Virus record (IMG/VR): IMGVR_UViG_3300033066_002341
Location: 938 to 64,937 of that record
From: a virus
Taxonomy: Duplodnaviria > Caudoviricetes
Direction: 5' to 3' (one strand)
DNA: 64,000 bases
Of the stretch, positions 18,191-27,190 are shown piece after piece (position 1 is the first letter of the stretch; every line of letters begins with the position of its first letter). Under the pieces are notes generated by a model. That model was not told where the DNA came from. It did no database searches and saw nothing but the letters and a program-made list of their open reading frames with translations. A program made the translations under genes and the position numbers.

Positions 18191-18550
18191 ATGACCGCTA
18201 TTGACCAAAAGATTGCAGAGGCTCAAGCGGAATGGGATACGGCAACGAATGCCTACAGCCGTTATCCTGGCACAGAAGAATGGCAAACCTTTTTGGATGC
18301 TAAGAAAAAAGTTCATATTTTAAAGGGTTTGCTCAAAGAAGACAAAACCCCACCTATTGCTAGCAGGCAGAAAGAAACAACAAGTGCCGAAAAAGTCTTA
18401 GCTTTTTTAAAGACTACTGCTGAAGCGACATATTCCGATATCATGATACACTGCAATCTCAGCAAAGATCAGGTCAGGCATGCCTTATTAAAACTTCAAA
18501 AAGATGAGACGGTAGAAAAGATTAAAACAGGAGTTTATAAGATAAGTTAG
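18191..18550 (+). CDS. Protein with C-terminal winged HTH
   Basis: EKVLAFLK...TYSDIMIHCNLSKDQVRHALLKLQKDETVEKIKTGVY. Confidence 0.7.
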   Translation: MTAIDQKIAEAQAEWDTATNAYSRYPGTEEWQTFLDAKKKVHILKGLLKEDKTPPIASRQKETTSAEKVLAFLKTTAEATYSDIMIHCNLSKDQVRHALLKLQKDETVEKIKTGVYKIS

Positions 18551-18700
18551 TATTTTTTCAGAAAAAGTTTTAACTTAAAAGAGTGGTCACTGTATCCATT
18601 AACAAGAAAGCTTATTTAGGCTTACAAGTCTTTGGCTGTTTTGATGTAGACTAAAAGCGTGTACATAATCTGCATTCGTTCTCAAGATTGAAGCAGATTC

Positions 18701-18739
18701 AAAAAAGGAGCTTAGTCTCGGGGCAAAGCTCCTTTTTTT
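18701..18739. terminator. Bidirectional intrinsic terminator
   Basis: AAAAAAGGAGCTT-loop-AAGCTCCTTTTTT between convergent genes. Confidence 0.8.
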
Positions 18740-19289
18740 ATATTTCTATCCAATAATACTGATGTATTCCTAGGCTATAAACAGCTACTTTGCCTTCAGT
18801 GGTAAGCATATCAAGAATATTTTTACAGTATTGTGCGACATTTGAATATACTCTGTCTTCATGGTCTTGTATGAAAGATTGAAAACCAAAGTATTCCACA
18901 ACTTCACTTACGGAAACGACCCCTATTGTGGTTTGTAAAAAACCTTCAACTTTTTCTTTTGAGATAATATTTTTATAATTTGCAATATATGTCTGATTTT
19001 CTTTTTCGATTAATCCATCCTGTATCAGATTTTCAAGAATATTATTAATGAAAGATGGTGATATTGGAATGCTTTCTATTTCTAGCTTAACAATTTTTGT
19101 AGGATTCTCTTTTATAAGGGCTAGCAAACGATCATAGACATGTTTTTTAGTTACTAAAACCTTATTGCCTACTTTATAGGCTAATTTAAGATTACAAGCC
19201 CTGTCTATCATCTCTTGAGGGATATCTTTAATTTGATTCGAAGATAGGCTGACCTTTCCTTTTTCTAAAGCAGTCAACAAGGATTGCAT
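18738..19289 (-). CDS. Phage hypothetical protein, 5' end interrupted by the mini-transposon
   Basis: The start ATG lies inside the duplicated target CATATTGT; 14 further in-frame codons with an RBS lie at 20024-20065. Confidence 0.7.
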   Translation of the reverse strand: MQSLLTALEKGKVSLSSNQIKDIPQEMIDRACNLKLAYKVGNKVLVTKKHVYDRLLALIKENPTKIVKLEIESIPISPSFINNILENLIQDGLIEKENQTYIANYKNIISKEKVEGFLQTTIGVVSVSEVVEYFGFQSFIQDHEDRVYSNVAQYCKNILDMLTTEGKVAVYSLGIHQYYWIEI

Positions 19290-19324
19290 ATTGTAGTAGT
19301 ATCTCAGTTTGAAAAATAGATAGA

Positions 19325-19353
19325 TTGACGCAATAAATCCTATCGTTTAAATT
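19325..19353 (+). promoter_or_regulatory. Sigma70-type promoter inside the mini-transposon
   Basis: TTGACG-N17-TAAATT just inside the left IR. Confidence 0.55.
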
Positions 19354-19359
19354 GATAAT

Positions 19360-19593
19360 GTGAGTCATCAAAATAAAGATAGGATTATGAGTGTAAGTAT
19401 AGGTGGAATTGATTTATTTAGTCAAGGATTAAATAATGAATATCGTATTATAGTTTTGGAAAAAATTATAGATACTCTTCTCAAGGAAACATCTATAACA
19501 CAAGAAGAAATAGATTCAATTAAGAAAAAAGCTCTTTCTGATCTTCAGACAAAATACCCTAAAGCGGGAATTACAGAGGTCAGAAAAAAATGA
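19360..19593 (+). CDS. Small soluble passenger protein
   Basis: 77-aa ORF (possibly starting at Met10) with ATGA overlap into the next gene. Confidence 0.7.
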   Translation: MSHQNKDRIMSVSIGGIDLFSQGLNNEYRIIVLEKIIDTLLKETSITQEEIDSIKKKALSDLQTKYPKAGITEVRKK

Positions 19594-19985
19594 GTGCTAA
19601 CACAAATTCTGGAGAATCTATCTTACAAGCCACAATAGATCATAAGGATTATATTATGATACATGAAGCTCAGATAACCCATATTAAAAGCTTATTAGAA
19701 AGAGCAAGTAAACTTGAACAACCTAGACTTAAAAGCAGTTTTCCAAAAATATTGACTTCAACAGGAATATTTCTGCTAGGATTCGGGATCACAAATTTAT
19801 TAGGTATGTGGTTAGGGTTAATAGAATCTAAAATAAATTATTCTACAATAATTTTAGGTTTCTTTGTTCTTTTGGGGGGATACATTGTGCTTGCAGAATA
19901 CTTATATGAGGAAAATAAAGAGAAAAATTATAAAAGCTATACAGACGAAGTATCAAAAATTATTGCTCATTTAATAAACAATTAA
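19590..19985 (+). CDS. Two-TM membrane passenger protein
   Basis: Hydrophobic segments ILTSTGIFLLGFGITNLLGMWLGL and YSTIILGFFVLLGGYIVLAEYL. Confidence 0.75.
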   Translation: MSANTNSGESILQATIDHKDYIMIHEAQITHIKSLLERASKLEQPRLKSSFPKILTSTGIFLLGFGITNLLGMWLGLIESKINYSTIILGFFVLLGGYIVLAEYLYEENKEKNYKSYTDEVSKIIAHLINN

Positions 19986-20133
19986 CCAATGCTCCCTATT
20001 TTTCAAACTGAGACACTACCCATATTGTCTTCTTCTATGTTGTGAAGTATATTTTGTATATTCATCGCATGTTTCCTTTCGTATGATGCGGTGCTAAGAA
20101 AATAGCGGGAACCCACTTCTCGCTATTTCGCTT

Positions 20134-20544
20134 TTATAATATTGAGCTAAATTTTTCAATTTCCTCTATATAACAAGATATTGCTTCTTTTGCGTTCATT
20201 ATCTCCTCACCTGATTTAGCATAAACAAGATTTTTATATTTCTTCTTTAATTCCATACTAATACCATCAACAATACGACTACAATATTCTGCTCTATGAT
20301 AATCCCACTTAGATTCTTCTATTTGGGGAATTTCCCCAACACGATGCTTTAGATAATAAGTTACGGACTCGCCTTCCTTGCGATCAAATATTTTATCTAA
20401 TTCAACAAAAAAGTAAGGATAATATTTACTAGCCTCAATATCATGACAGCCGCTCAATGCTGTTTCATGGATAACTTTTTCCCATAATTTATCTTTTTCG
20501 GTTCGCGTGTCTTCAGAATGTATAGTATTGAATGGCGATGTCAT
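20134..20544 (-). CDS. Phage hypothetical protein
   Basis: 136-aa ORF with RBS. Confidence 0.7.
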   Translation of the reverse strand: MTSPFNTIHSEDTRTEKDKLWEKVIHETALSGCHDIEASKYYPYFFVELDKIFDRKEGESVTYYLKHRVGEIPQIEESKWDYHRAEYCSRIVDGISMELKKKYKNLVYAKSGEEIMNAKEAISCYIEEIEKFSSIL

Positions 20545-20561
20545 TATTTACTCCTTTTTTC

Positions 20562-20912
20562 TTATTTTAAAAATTCATCCATTTTTTGCTCAAGTATTAA
20601 AATACTTTTTTCAGCTAAAGATGATACTTTTTCATTTGCGCTGACATTTTGTATCACATTCACCGAGAATATTAAATAAGCTGTTTTTGGTGATGGAGTT
20701 AAGATATGAATAAATAATAAAATAAAAAAAGAAATAGCTGATATTTTATATATAGGCTTAATTAAATTTGCTGTTTTTTCTTCATTAAAACTACAATTCA
20801 TATAATAGAAAAAACCTGAAAATAATGAAACAGCAATAGAAATTGATATTAAAATTTTAGTAACTTCATAAAGACTACTTAAAACATCTATTAACCATAG
20901 GCTCATCACCAT
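20562..20912 (-). CDS. Phage membrane protein (paralogue of 6696-7046)
   Basis: TPSPKTAYLIFSVNVIQNVSANEKVSSLAEKSILILEQKMDEFLK; same length (116 aa). Confidence 0.75.
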   Translation of the reverse strand: MVMSLWLIDVLSSLYEVTKILISISIAVSLFSGFFYYMNCSFNEEKTANLIKPIYKISAISFFILLFIHILTPSPKTAYLIFSVNVIQNVSANEKVSSLAEKSILILEQKMDEFLK

Positions 20913-20991
20913 CTTATTAATCCTTTATAGATAATTTCATTAATTTTCTTTAACTATGATAGAATTTATAAATTAATTTTAGGAAAAAATC

Positions 20992-21171
20992 ATGGTTTTT
21001 TATATTTTATTATCTTATTTTTTTATATGTCCTCTTTTATCTGTGATGGCTTGTAATCCCTGGAACCCTCGTTGTGAGGATAATGCATGGGGAGACATTT
21101 GTACGGAAGAGCCTGAAGACAAAGAGGATGCACAATGTCCTTGTTGCCCTTTAAGCGAGGAGAATCAATAA
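20992..21171 (+). CDS. 59-aa Cys-rich exported micro-protein (not in ORF track)
   Basis: MVFYILLSYFFICPLLSVMA-CNPWNPRCEDNAWGDICTEEPEDKEDAQCPCCPLSEENQ; AGGAAAAAATC before the ATG. Confidence 0.6.
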   Translation: MVFYILLSYFFICPLLSVMACNPWNPRCEDNAWGDICTEEPEDKEDAQCPCCPLSEENQ

Positions 21172-21173
21172 CT

Positions 21174-23165
21174 TTATTCTTTCTTCTGACTTGTACTCGT
21201 TGCTGCGGTTAATCCAGGGCCGTAACGGGCAAGATATTCTATGGACTTCTGTAACGCCCCCTTGTTCTTCAGAGGTGTCATCAGCATTTTAGCTACTTGT
21301 GGATCAGCAAGCGCCTTTTGAAGCAATGCGTCTCTTTTTTCTATTTTTGCAGTATCCTTGATTTTATGGATAAAGTTCAGCAAGAGATCACCTCCTGCAA
21401 TCTTGCGTATCAATTTTTTGAGAATACGAAGAGGCAATTTTTGAAAAGCTTCCAAAGCAGGAAGATTATTGGCTTTTGTTTCAATCTGATTCACCATGAA
21501 TTGAGCATTACTCACATTTTTAAGTTTTGTCTCTAATTGGGGATAGAGAATAAAAGCGCCAGGATGAGACTTACGCCATGTTTCCAATTTCGGTAGACTC
21601 ACCTTTCCTGCCTCATTCGTAATTTTTTCGATAATATCGTTATTCATGTACCCATGAAGAGATTCCATAGCCTTTTTGTCTTTTCCGATTTGCTTGAGTA
21701 AATCCTTGGAATCTCGAATAGATTTTACGGACGTATTAACAAACTCTTTGGGAATTTCGGCCGCACCTAATTTATATCCTTTGCCATACTCCCCCTTCTC
21801 AACAATCTTGCCTAAAGCCCGATGTTCTTTAATGGCACTCACAGGTTTTGATAATTCTGCATATTTTTCTCGATGGACAAGACCTTCGGGAAGCGATTTA
21901 AAGTCTTCCTCTAAAGCCGACTTGATGCCTTCCAATTCTTTTCCTAGTTTGTTGGCTCCCGAACGATAAGCTTTCTTAATTTCATCGGAAACATATTTAA
22001 TGGTGTTGTCAATTTCAACAGGTTTTGGAAACACTTTCCCCTTTACAGGAAATTGCTCTTGAATCAATCTCAATGTTTCAGGAGAAAAATTTTTGTTTCG
22101 ATACATCTCCAAAACTTTTTCATTAAAGACATCCTGCGAATTAGAAACTATATTAGGCTTTAATTCTTTCTGAACTCTTTCGAGGGTATCCCGAATTGGC
22201 CCCTTGGCTGTTTTTAATTCTTTTTCTAAAAGAGCATTTGTTCGGGAAGGATTCAAACCTTCTTCCAAAGACTCTATTTTCTCATAAAGAGGTTGAGTGA
22301 CCTTTGTTCTGGTTTTTTCATGTTTTTCTAATTGCCCTGCAACAGATTTTCGAATAGCTTCCCCTGCTTCTTCAGCATTGGCACGTGACCCTAAATCCTT
22401 TAAAGCCTTGGGGACATTCATGGCTTCTTCGGGATTAGACACCCCTTTTGTCGCTTGCTGAAGAATCTTGGAGGCTTCCTTGGCTCCTTCTTTTTCTGCC
22501 ACTCTTGCTCTCACAGAAGGACTAAAAGGATAAGAGGCTGCTTTTCCCGTCATCTTTATTCCTTTAACGGCAGCAGGGGTTAAAATGGCTGCGCCAATAT
22601 CCGCCGCAAGAGGATTCGCTCCCATTTCCTGAGCAACTCCTGAAACACCACCAATTCCCGCTCCCATCAAAACATTCTTGCCTAATGCTGAAGCAACCTG
22701 AGGAAAAGTGGTCGCTGTTTTAAATGAAGCTCCTCCAGGTATAGGAGTCATGAGCATTCCAGTCCCAAACTTACCCCCATGATGCAGCACTCTTCCTAAG
22801 GGGTCTAATTCGCCTAATTCCTTTGCTTTTTCTTGCTGATGCTGAGTTGCAGCTTCCTTGATGTAACCTTTCATTCTGGGAGTTTGTCGTGCGAAAGGAT
22901 CGGCTTGCGCTTGAGCCATTGCTGCTTCCTGAATGGCTGATAAAGCGCCTCCTCCTAATTGTTTTGCACGATCCCACCAGGAATATTCTGAAGGTTGAGA
23001 TTCTGCTTGCGGTAAAACGCCGCGCCGTCTTAATTCTTCCTGGATCGTTGCTAATTCTGGATCAACAGTCGTTTCGGAGGAAGGCTCAAAAGAAGTTTCA
23101 GGAGCAGGGACATTGACTCCTCTTCTTTGAAGTTCCTGCGTAATTCTTTGCAACTCTTCATTCAT
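21174..23165 (-). CDS. Large internal virion / DNA-ejection protein
   Basis: Helical Ala/Gly/Lys-rich 663-aa protein; last gene of the virion operon, the typical ejectosome position. Confidence 0.6.
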   Translation of the reverse strand: MNEELQRITQELQRRGVNVPAPETSFEPSSETTVDPELATIQEELRRRGVLPQAESQPSEYSWWDRAKQLGGGALSAIQEAAMAQAQADPFARQTPRMKGYIKEAATQHQQEKAKELGELDPLGRVLHHGGKFGTGMLMTPIPGGASFKTATTFPQVASALGKNVLMGAGIGGVSGVAQEMGANPLAADIGAAILTPAAVKGIKMTGKAASYPFSPSVRARVAEKEGAKEASKILQQATKGVSNPEEAMNVPKALKDLGSRANAEEAGEAIRKSVAGQLEKHEKTRTKVTQPLYEKIESLEEGLNPSRTNALLEKELKTAKGPIRDTLERVQKELKPNIVSNSQDVFNEKVLEMYRNKNFSPETLRLIQEQFPVKGKVFPKPVEIDNTIKYVSDEIKKAYRSGANKLGKELEGIKSALEEDFKSLPEGLVHREKYAELSKPVSAIKEHRALGKIVEKGEYGKGYKLGAAEIPKEFVNTSVKSIRDSKDLLKQIGKDKKAMESLHGYMNNDIIEKITNEAGKVSLPKLETWRKSHPGAFILYPQLETKLKNVSNAQFMVNQIETKANNLPALEAFQKLPLRILKKLIRKIAGGDLLLNFIHKIKDTAKIEKRDALLQKALADPQVAKMLMTPLKNKGALQKSIEYLARYGPGLTAATSTSQKKE

Positions 23166-24331
23166 TGTGCATTCCCCGTAAGAGCTTTGTATTTTTCAAG
23201 CAGTTCTTCTGTCGAAACATTTTCAAGAGAAGACGGGGATGCTTCAGAGGCATTAACTTGTCCATGTCTTGCCAAACCACCCTCAGACGGCACAGAAGCA
23301 GATTCTTCCTCCATATCAAGAGGTGTCATAACAAGTCCTGTTTTAAGACTTGTAGAAGCAGCTTTTTCATTGATAGACATTTCTTTAGTAAGATCATTCA
23401 TCTTTTGCTCAAAAACTTCAGGACGATCCGATAAAGAGGGAAGAAGTTCTTTTTTCTCAAAGCGTTTTAAAATGGCTTCCCCCAAATTACCCCCCTTGAG
23501 CTTTCTTTCCATATTAACTGTAAATAAACCAAGCTTTGCATTAAGCGCCTTTCTTTTAGCGGTTTCTTGTAACTGTTTTTTATTTCCCGTTAATGACCCC
23601 ATAAAGTCTTTTGCTTCATTGGCAAGAGTTCCTGCATAATAAGGCGCTTGAGGATCGATAAAATTATCTTTAACTGAACCTCTAAAGTTATCATAATCCT
23701 TTTTGATGGAATTAAGCTCTCTCAAGATATGAGCAAAATTTTTCTGATCTTTGACAAATCCTGCACGTTCAGATTTGGAAGTAATCGGCGAATATTCCTT
23801 GCCCGCTATTGTAACCGATTGAGGCATATCTTTATTAAGTTTTGCTTGTTTTAAAGATAACAAAGCATCTTGCCTGCTTTCCATCTGTTTATTGTGGCGT
23901 TCTGTCTCTGTTTGTTTGGCATCCATATGTGCTTGCTTCAATAAACGCTCAACGGCTTGCTGGCGCATTTTTTGTTGAGCCATTCCATAGTCAGCGTGTT
24001 GCTTCATTAGCCCTGCATTTAATCCCGCAACACGATTTTCCTCACCCTGATAGGCTTCAAGAGCAGGCGCAATGTTAGAAGCCGCCGCCCCTAATGTTCC
24101 TTCAATGCCTGGGCCATGCCCTGGTTGCGCCATGCCTGAGAAAAACTTGGCAATAGAAAGCCCTGTCGCCCGACGCTGCTCATCTTCATCCATGCCTAAC
24201 GATTGCTTGGCCGATTTAATGGCCGCAAGCGCTCCCGCACTAAAAGGTGTCGCCGCAGTTTCTTCAGGCGCACCCCTATGAGATGCCTGGGGTTGCTGCT
24301 GCATATACATCAACATATTCGGATTCATCAT
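23162..24331 (-). CDS. Internal virion / ejection protein
   Basis: Gln/Ala-rich helical protein coupled to its neighbours. Confidence 0.55.
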   Translation of the reverse strand: MMNPNMLMYMQQQPQASHRGAPEETAATPFSAGALAAIKSAKQSLGMDEDEQRRATGLSIAKFFSGMAQPGHGPGIEGTLGAAASNIAPALEAYQGEENRVAGLNAGLMKQHADYGMAQQKMRQQAVERLLKQAHMDAKQTETERHNKQMESRQDALLSLKQAKLNKDMPQSVTIAGKEYSPITSKSERAGFVKDQKNFAHILRELNSIKKDYDNFRGSVKDNFIDPQAPYYAGTLANEAKDFMGSLTGNKKQLQETAKRKALNAKLGLFTVNMERKLKGGNLGEAILKRFEKKELLPSLSDRPEVFEQKMNDLTKEMSINEKAASTSLKTGLVMTPLDMEEESASVPSEGGLARHGQVNASEASPSSLENVSTEELLEKYKALTGNAQ

Positions 24332-25566
24332 CGCCCCCTTATTAAATTCTTGGAAGATTTAGGCTTAAATCTTAAAGTGGAGAGACCAAAAGAAGGCGCA
24401 GGGGGTTTGCGAACTTTGGGTGGTTTTGCAGCCTTTGGTAAGGATACACCTGTAATATGTCCGCCCCGTTTTTTACCTGCGAACATACGCGCCCCATACA
24501 AACTTCCTGCCAGCGAACCCAATCCCCCTAGTGTATTCACCTGGGGCTGTCCTGGCGTTTGCACAACGCCCGTCGTTTGTGTAGGTGCAGGAATACCATG
24601 CATAATGGCGCTTTGCTGTCCGAGCTGTTCCCACGGATAATTCTGTTGTCGCAAGAAATCCTGGTACGGCACATCCAGTTCTCCCTGCTTTTGTTGCTGC
24701 TGCAATCGCCCCTGTTCCTGAAGCGCCGCAACATCAGCAATGTTCCCTGCCTGCGCGTATTGTCCCAGGCGCGCCATATTCTCTCCCGATTGCAATCGCC
24801 GATTTTGATCAGAGGCAAAGTTCTTTCCCGCCTGATCGTAAGCCTGAGAAAGATAAGATCGTTGGCGCTCTTCCATATCCTTTTGAACATCTCTCCCCGC
24901 TTGTCCAACCATTCGCAGATGCTGTCCTGAAAGGGGAGCGCCACTGGATACAAAATGACTTTCAAGGGAAGGGAGAATTTTCTCATTCAGAAATTGTCCT
25001 GACTCGTTGCTAATGCGGTCTAATACATTTTGAACGTAGGGGTTCATATATTTATCTACATTAGAAGACTCATCAAAAGGAGAAGGATTAAAAAGTTTAG
25101 CTTCAGGTCTTCCTCTTGCAGACAAATCATTGAATACGTTAGTAGCCGTTCTTTTGTCAGGAATTTGCCCCGCAGGAGTTGTCGGGAAAAGATTTTTCAT
25201 GACTTGGGCGTCACTAATCCTTGCTCTGTCTTCAGGATTTTTCCAATTCCATTCCTTATATTGTTTTGCTATTTCAGGAAAGACCGACGCAAAATACCTT
25301 TGATAAGGAGTTTTATTATCAAACTCTTCCATCGCTCCTTGAGTAGAACGTGTTGCGCCTTGCAAATAGGGCAAATAAGCTCCCATACTTCCTCGCGTCA
25401 TGTCAAACGAACGAGTCATATCAGGACTAAAAGGAGCAATCCTGGGAGATTTATAAGCCGCGTAAGGCGCCTTCCCTTGCGCAGCAGCTTTTTCACCAAG
25501 GTTACGATACAGAGCCTCATACCAAGGGGGTAAGGATGTCAGGTTTGTTTGTATACCATAAGGCAT
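24328..25566 (-). CDS. Internal virion / ejection (pilot-like) protein
   Basis: YMNPYVQNV, ESHFVSSGA...GQH, YQDFLRQQNYPWEQL and a Gly-rich C-terminus are seen in podovirus ejection proteins. Confidence 0.6.
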   Translation of the reverse strand: MPYGIQTNLTSLPPWYEALYRNLGEKAAAQGKAPYAAYKSPRIAPFSPDMTRSFDMTRGSMGAYLPYLQGATRSTQGAMEEFDNKTPYQRYFASVFPEIAKQYKEWNWKNPEDRARISDAQVMKNLFPTTPAGQIPDKRTATNVFNDLSARGRPEAKLFNPSPFDESSNVDKYMNPYVQNVLDRISNESGQFLNEKILPSLESHFVSSGAPLSGQHLRMVGQAGRDVQKDMEERQRSYLSQAYDQAGKNFASDQNRRLQSGENMARLGQYAQAGNIADVAALQEQGRLQQQQKQGELDVPYQDFLRQQNYPWEQLGQQSAIMHGIPAPTQTTGVVQTPGQPQVNTLGGLGSLAGSLYGARMFAGKKRGGHITGVSLPKAAKPPKVRKPPAPSFGLSTLRFKPKSSKNLIRGR

Positions 25567-25578
25567 CTTTTTAATTCC

Positions 25579-26934
25579 TTAATGTTTTGTTCTTGTTTGC
25601 ATATAAGACGATAAAGACTTTGCTTTAGGGGGGAATCCTTTGCGCCCTTTATGCGTACGCATATTCTTCACGAGGGCATCAAACTTTTGCGCTCCCGACC
25701 GATTATTCCCGTCCCCCGCATCCGACACAATATCCGCGGGGATGACATACTCTCCATCCGATAAACGTGCTTCTATTGTATCATCTTGACCGCCTGTTGC
25801 GCCATCCAGATACCCCCCTCGACTCATCCTGTAAGGTTCTTCTTCAAAAAACTGATGCTCACCTTCCAAAGCAGGGTTATATCCTTCAGGCAACGAACGA
25901 TAACGTTGATTGCGCGGTGACAATTCGCGAGGGTATTGATCGGGACGCCAACGAGGTTGCCCCTGGTTCATAGCTTCTGCCAAGGATTGAGGCCCTGGCG
26001 TCTTCTCACGGCGACCCATTGTTCCTAGAACCGCTGTCCCTAAAAGCGCTGTATTTAGTAAATTTCCACCGCCGCCTAAAGCAGAAAGAAGGCCTCCACC
26101 TCCTGCGCCTCCTTTTGCTGAAAGCACATTAGAAAGCGCTGTGGGCGCATGAGTAGAGAAAGGCGCCGAAGCAGCCGTACCACCACCGAGAAGGCTGGAT
26201 AAGCCATTGCCCAGCATTCCTGTGCTTTGTCCAAATCCGCTTTGCAAACCGCCCATAAGCCCGCTGAGTCCACCGCCGCCTATTAAAGCCTTCCCCCCGC
26301 TTAAAAGAGCAGGGCCGCCTAGAAACCCACCAAGACCTCCCATAACAGGGCCAACCCGTTGATTGGGATGTCCAAAAGAACCGCCAAGAGCCCCTCCAAG
26401 GGCACCTCCTAAAGGGCCACCTAACATAGTTCCCAATACAGCTCCCCCTACAGGGCCTATTGCTTTTTTAACGATGTTCCCTACACTTCTAAAGGCTTTC
26501 CCTATTGCTTTAAAGGGGTTAAACCCCCAATATTCAGGCAATCCTGTCTCAGGGTTAATAGTTCCACTGCCACCCATCGCTCTCAGCATCAGTGCTTCCG
26601 AAGGATTAATATGCGCCAGCATGGTATCGCCATGACGGCCATATTGACTTAACTCTTCCCCCATTTCAGGCAAGCCTTCAACACTGCCGCCTCTGGCATA
26701 TTGAGGCTTCATCATGCCGATGTTTTGAAAGGGCGGTTGCGGCGTCCATTCAGGGATTTGCGGCGTAGACGGCATAGGGGACATTCCATTGCTTCCCATC
26801 ATAGGCTGCATAGGAGTTTGTTGCTCCCCGAAAGGTGAATTCATCGGCGACGGAACATTGCCGCCTATCCCATAGTTATAAGGATTTTGTGTTCTCATGT
26901 TGGGCTGCATTCCCATATTTTGCTGAAAATCCAT
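25579..26934 (-). CDS. Internal virion protein with Gly-rich membrane-inserting segment
   Basis: GRHGDTMLAHINP...SGTINPETGLPEY, a GxxxG-rich region, and GGQDDTIEARLSDGEYVIPAD. Confidence 0.65.
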   Translation of the reverse strand: MDFQQNMGMQPNMRTQNPYNYGIGGNVPSPMNSPFGEQQTPMQPMMGSNGMSPMPSTPQIPEWTPQPPFQNIGMMKPQYARGGSVEGLPEMGEELSQYGRHGDTMLAHINPSEALMLRAMGGSGTINPETGLPEYWGFNPFKAIGKAFRSVGNIVKKAIGPVGGAVLGTMLGGPLGGALGGALGGSFGHPNQRVGPVMGGLGGFLGGPALLSGGKALIGGGGLSGLMGGLQSGFGQSTGMLGNGLSSLLGGGTAASAPFSTHAPTALSNVLSAKGGAGGGGLLSALGGGGNLLNTALLGTAVLGTMGRREKTPGPQSLAEAMNQGQPRWRPDQYPRELSPRNQRYRSLPEGYNPALEGEHQFFEEEPYRMSRGGYLDGATGGQDDTIEARLSDGEYVIPADIVSDAGDGNNRSGAQKFDALVKNMRTHKGRKGFPPKAKSLSSYMQTRTKH

Positions 26935-26956
26935 GTTGTCCTCTCAAAGTTATGTC

Positions 26957-27190
26957 TTAAACGCTCTCATCTTGCATGACCGAATAAAGGGCGGTCGCCC
27001 ACTCCTGCCATGCGTTAAAAAAATCCGTTCCAGGGGCATTATTCCTCGCAAAAGAAAGCTCTTGCACGACGGAATCCCCCCATATCTTCCAGGATTGCTC
27101 ATCCTTTAAAATCGGAATATTGTCCCCAGGGAAGTCAATGATCAGAGATGCCGCCCAAATGGGAAGGGTTGTCAAAACAGGAAGCATCAT
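26957..27190 (-). CDS. Small conserved virion-operon protein
   Basis: Trp-rich 77-aa ORF coupled to the upstream gene. Confidence 0.6.
   Translation of the reverse strand: MMLPVLTTLPIWAASLIIDFPGDNIPILKDEQSWKIWGDSVVQELSFARNNAPGTDFFNAWQEWATALYSVMQDESV

Larger units (their letters stand above)
19295..20020. mobile_element. Non-autonomous IS-derived element (726 bp) with two passenger genes
   Basis: 25-bp terminal IRs (AGTAGTATCTCAGTTTGAAAAATAG; right end reverse-complemented GGTAGTGTCTCAGTTTGAAAAATAG, 23/25 identical); 8-bp direct repeat CATATTGT at 19287-19294 and 20021-20028; no transposase. Confidence 0.88.
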
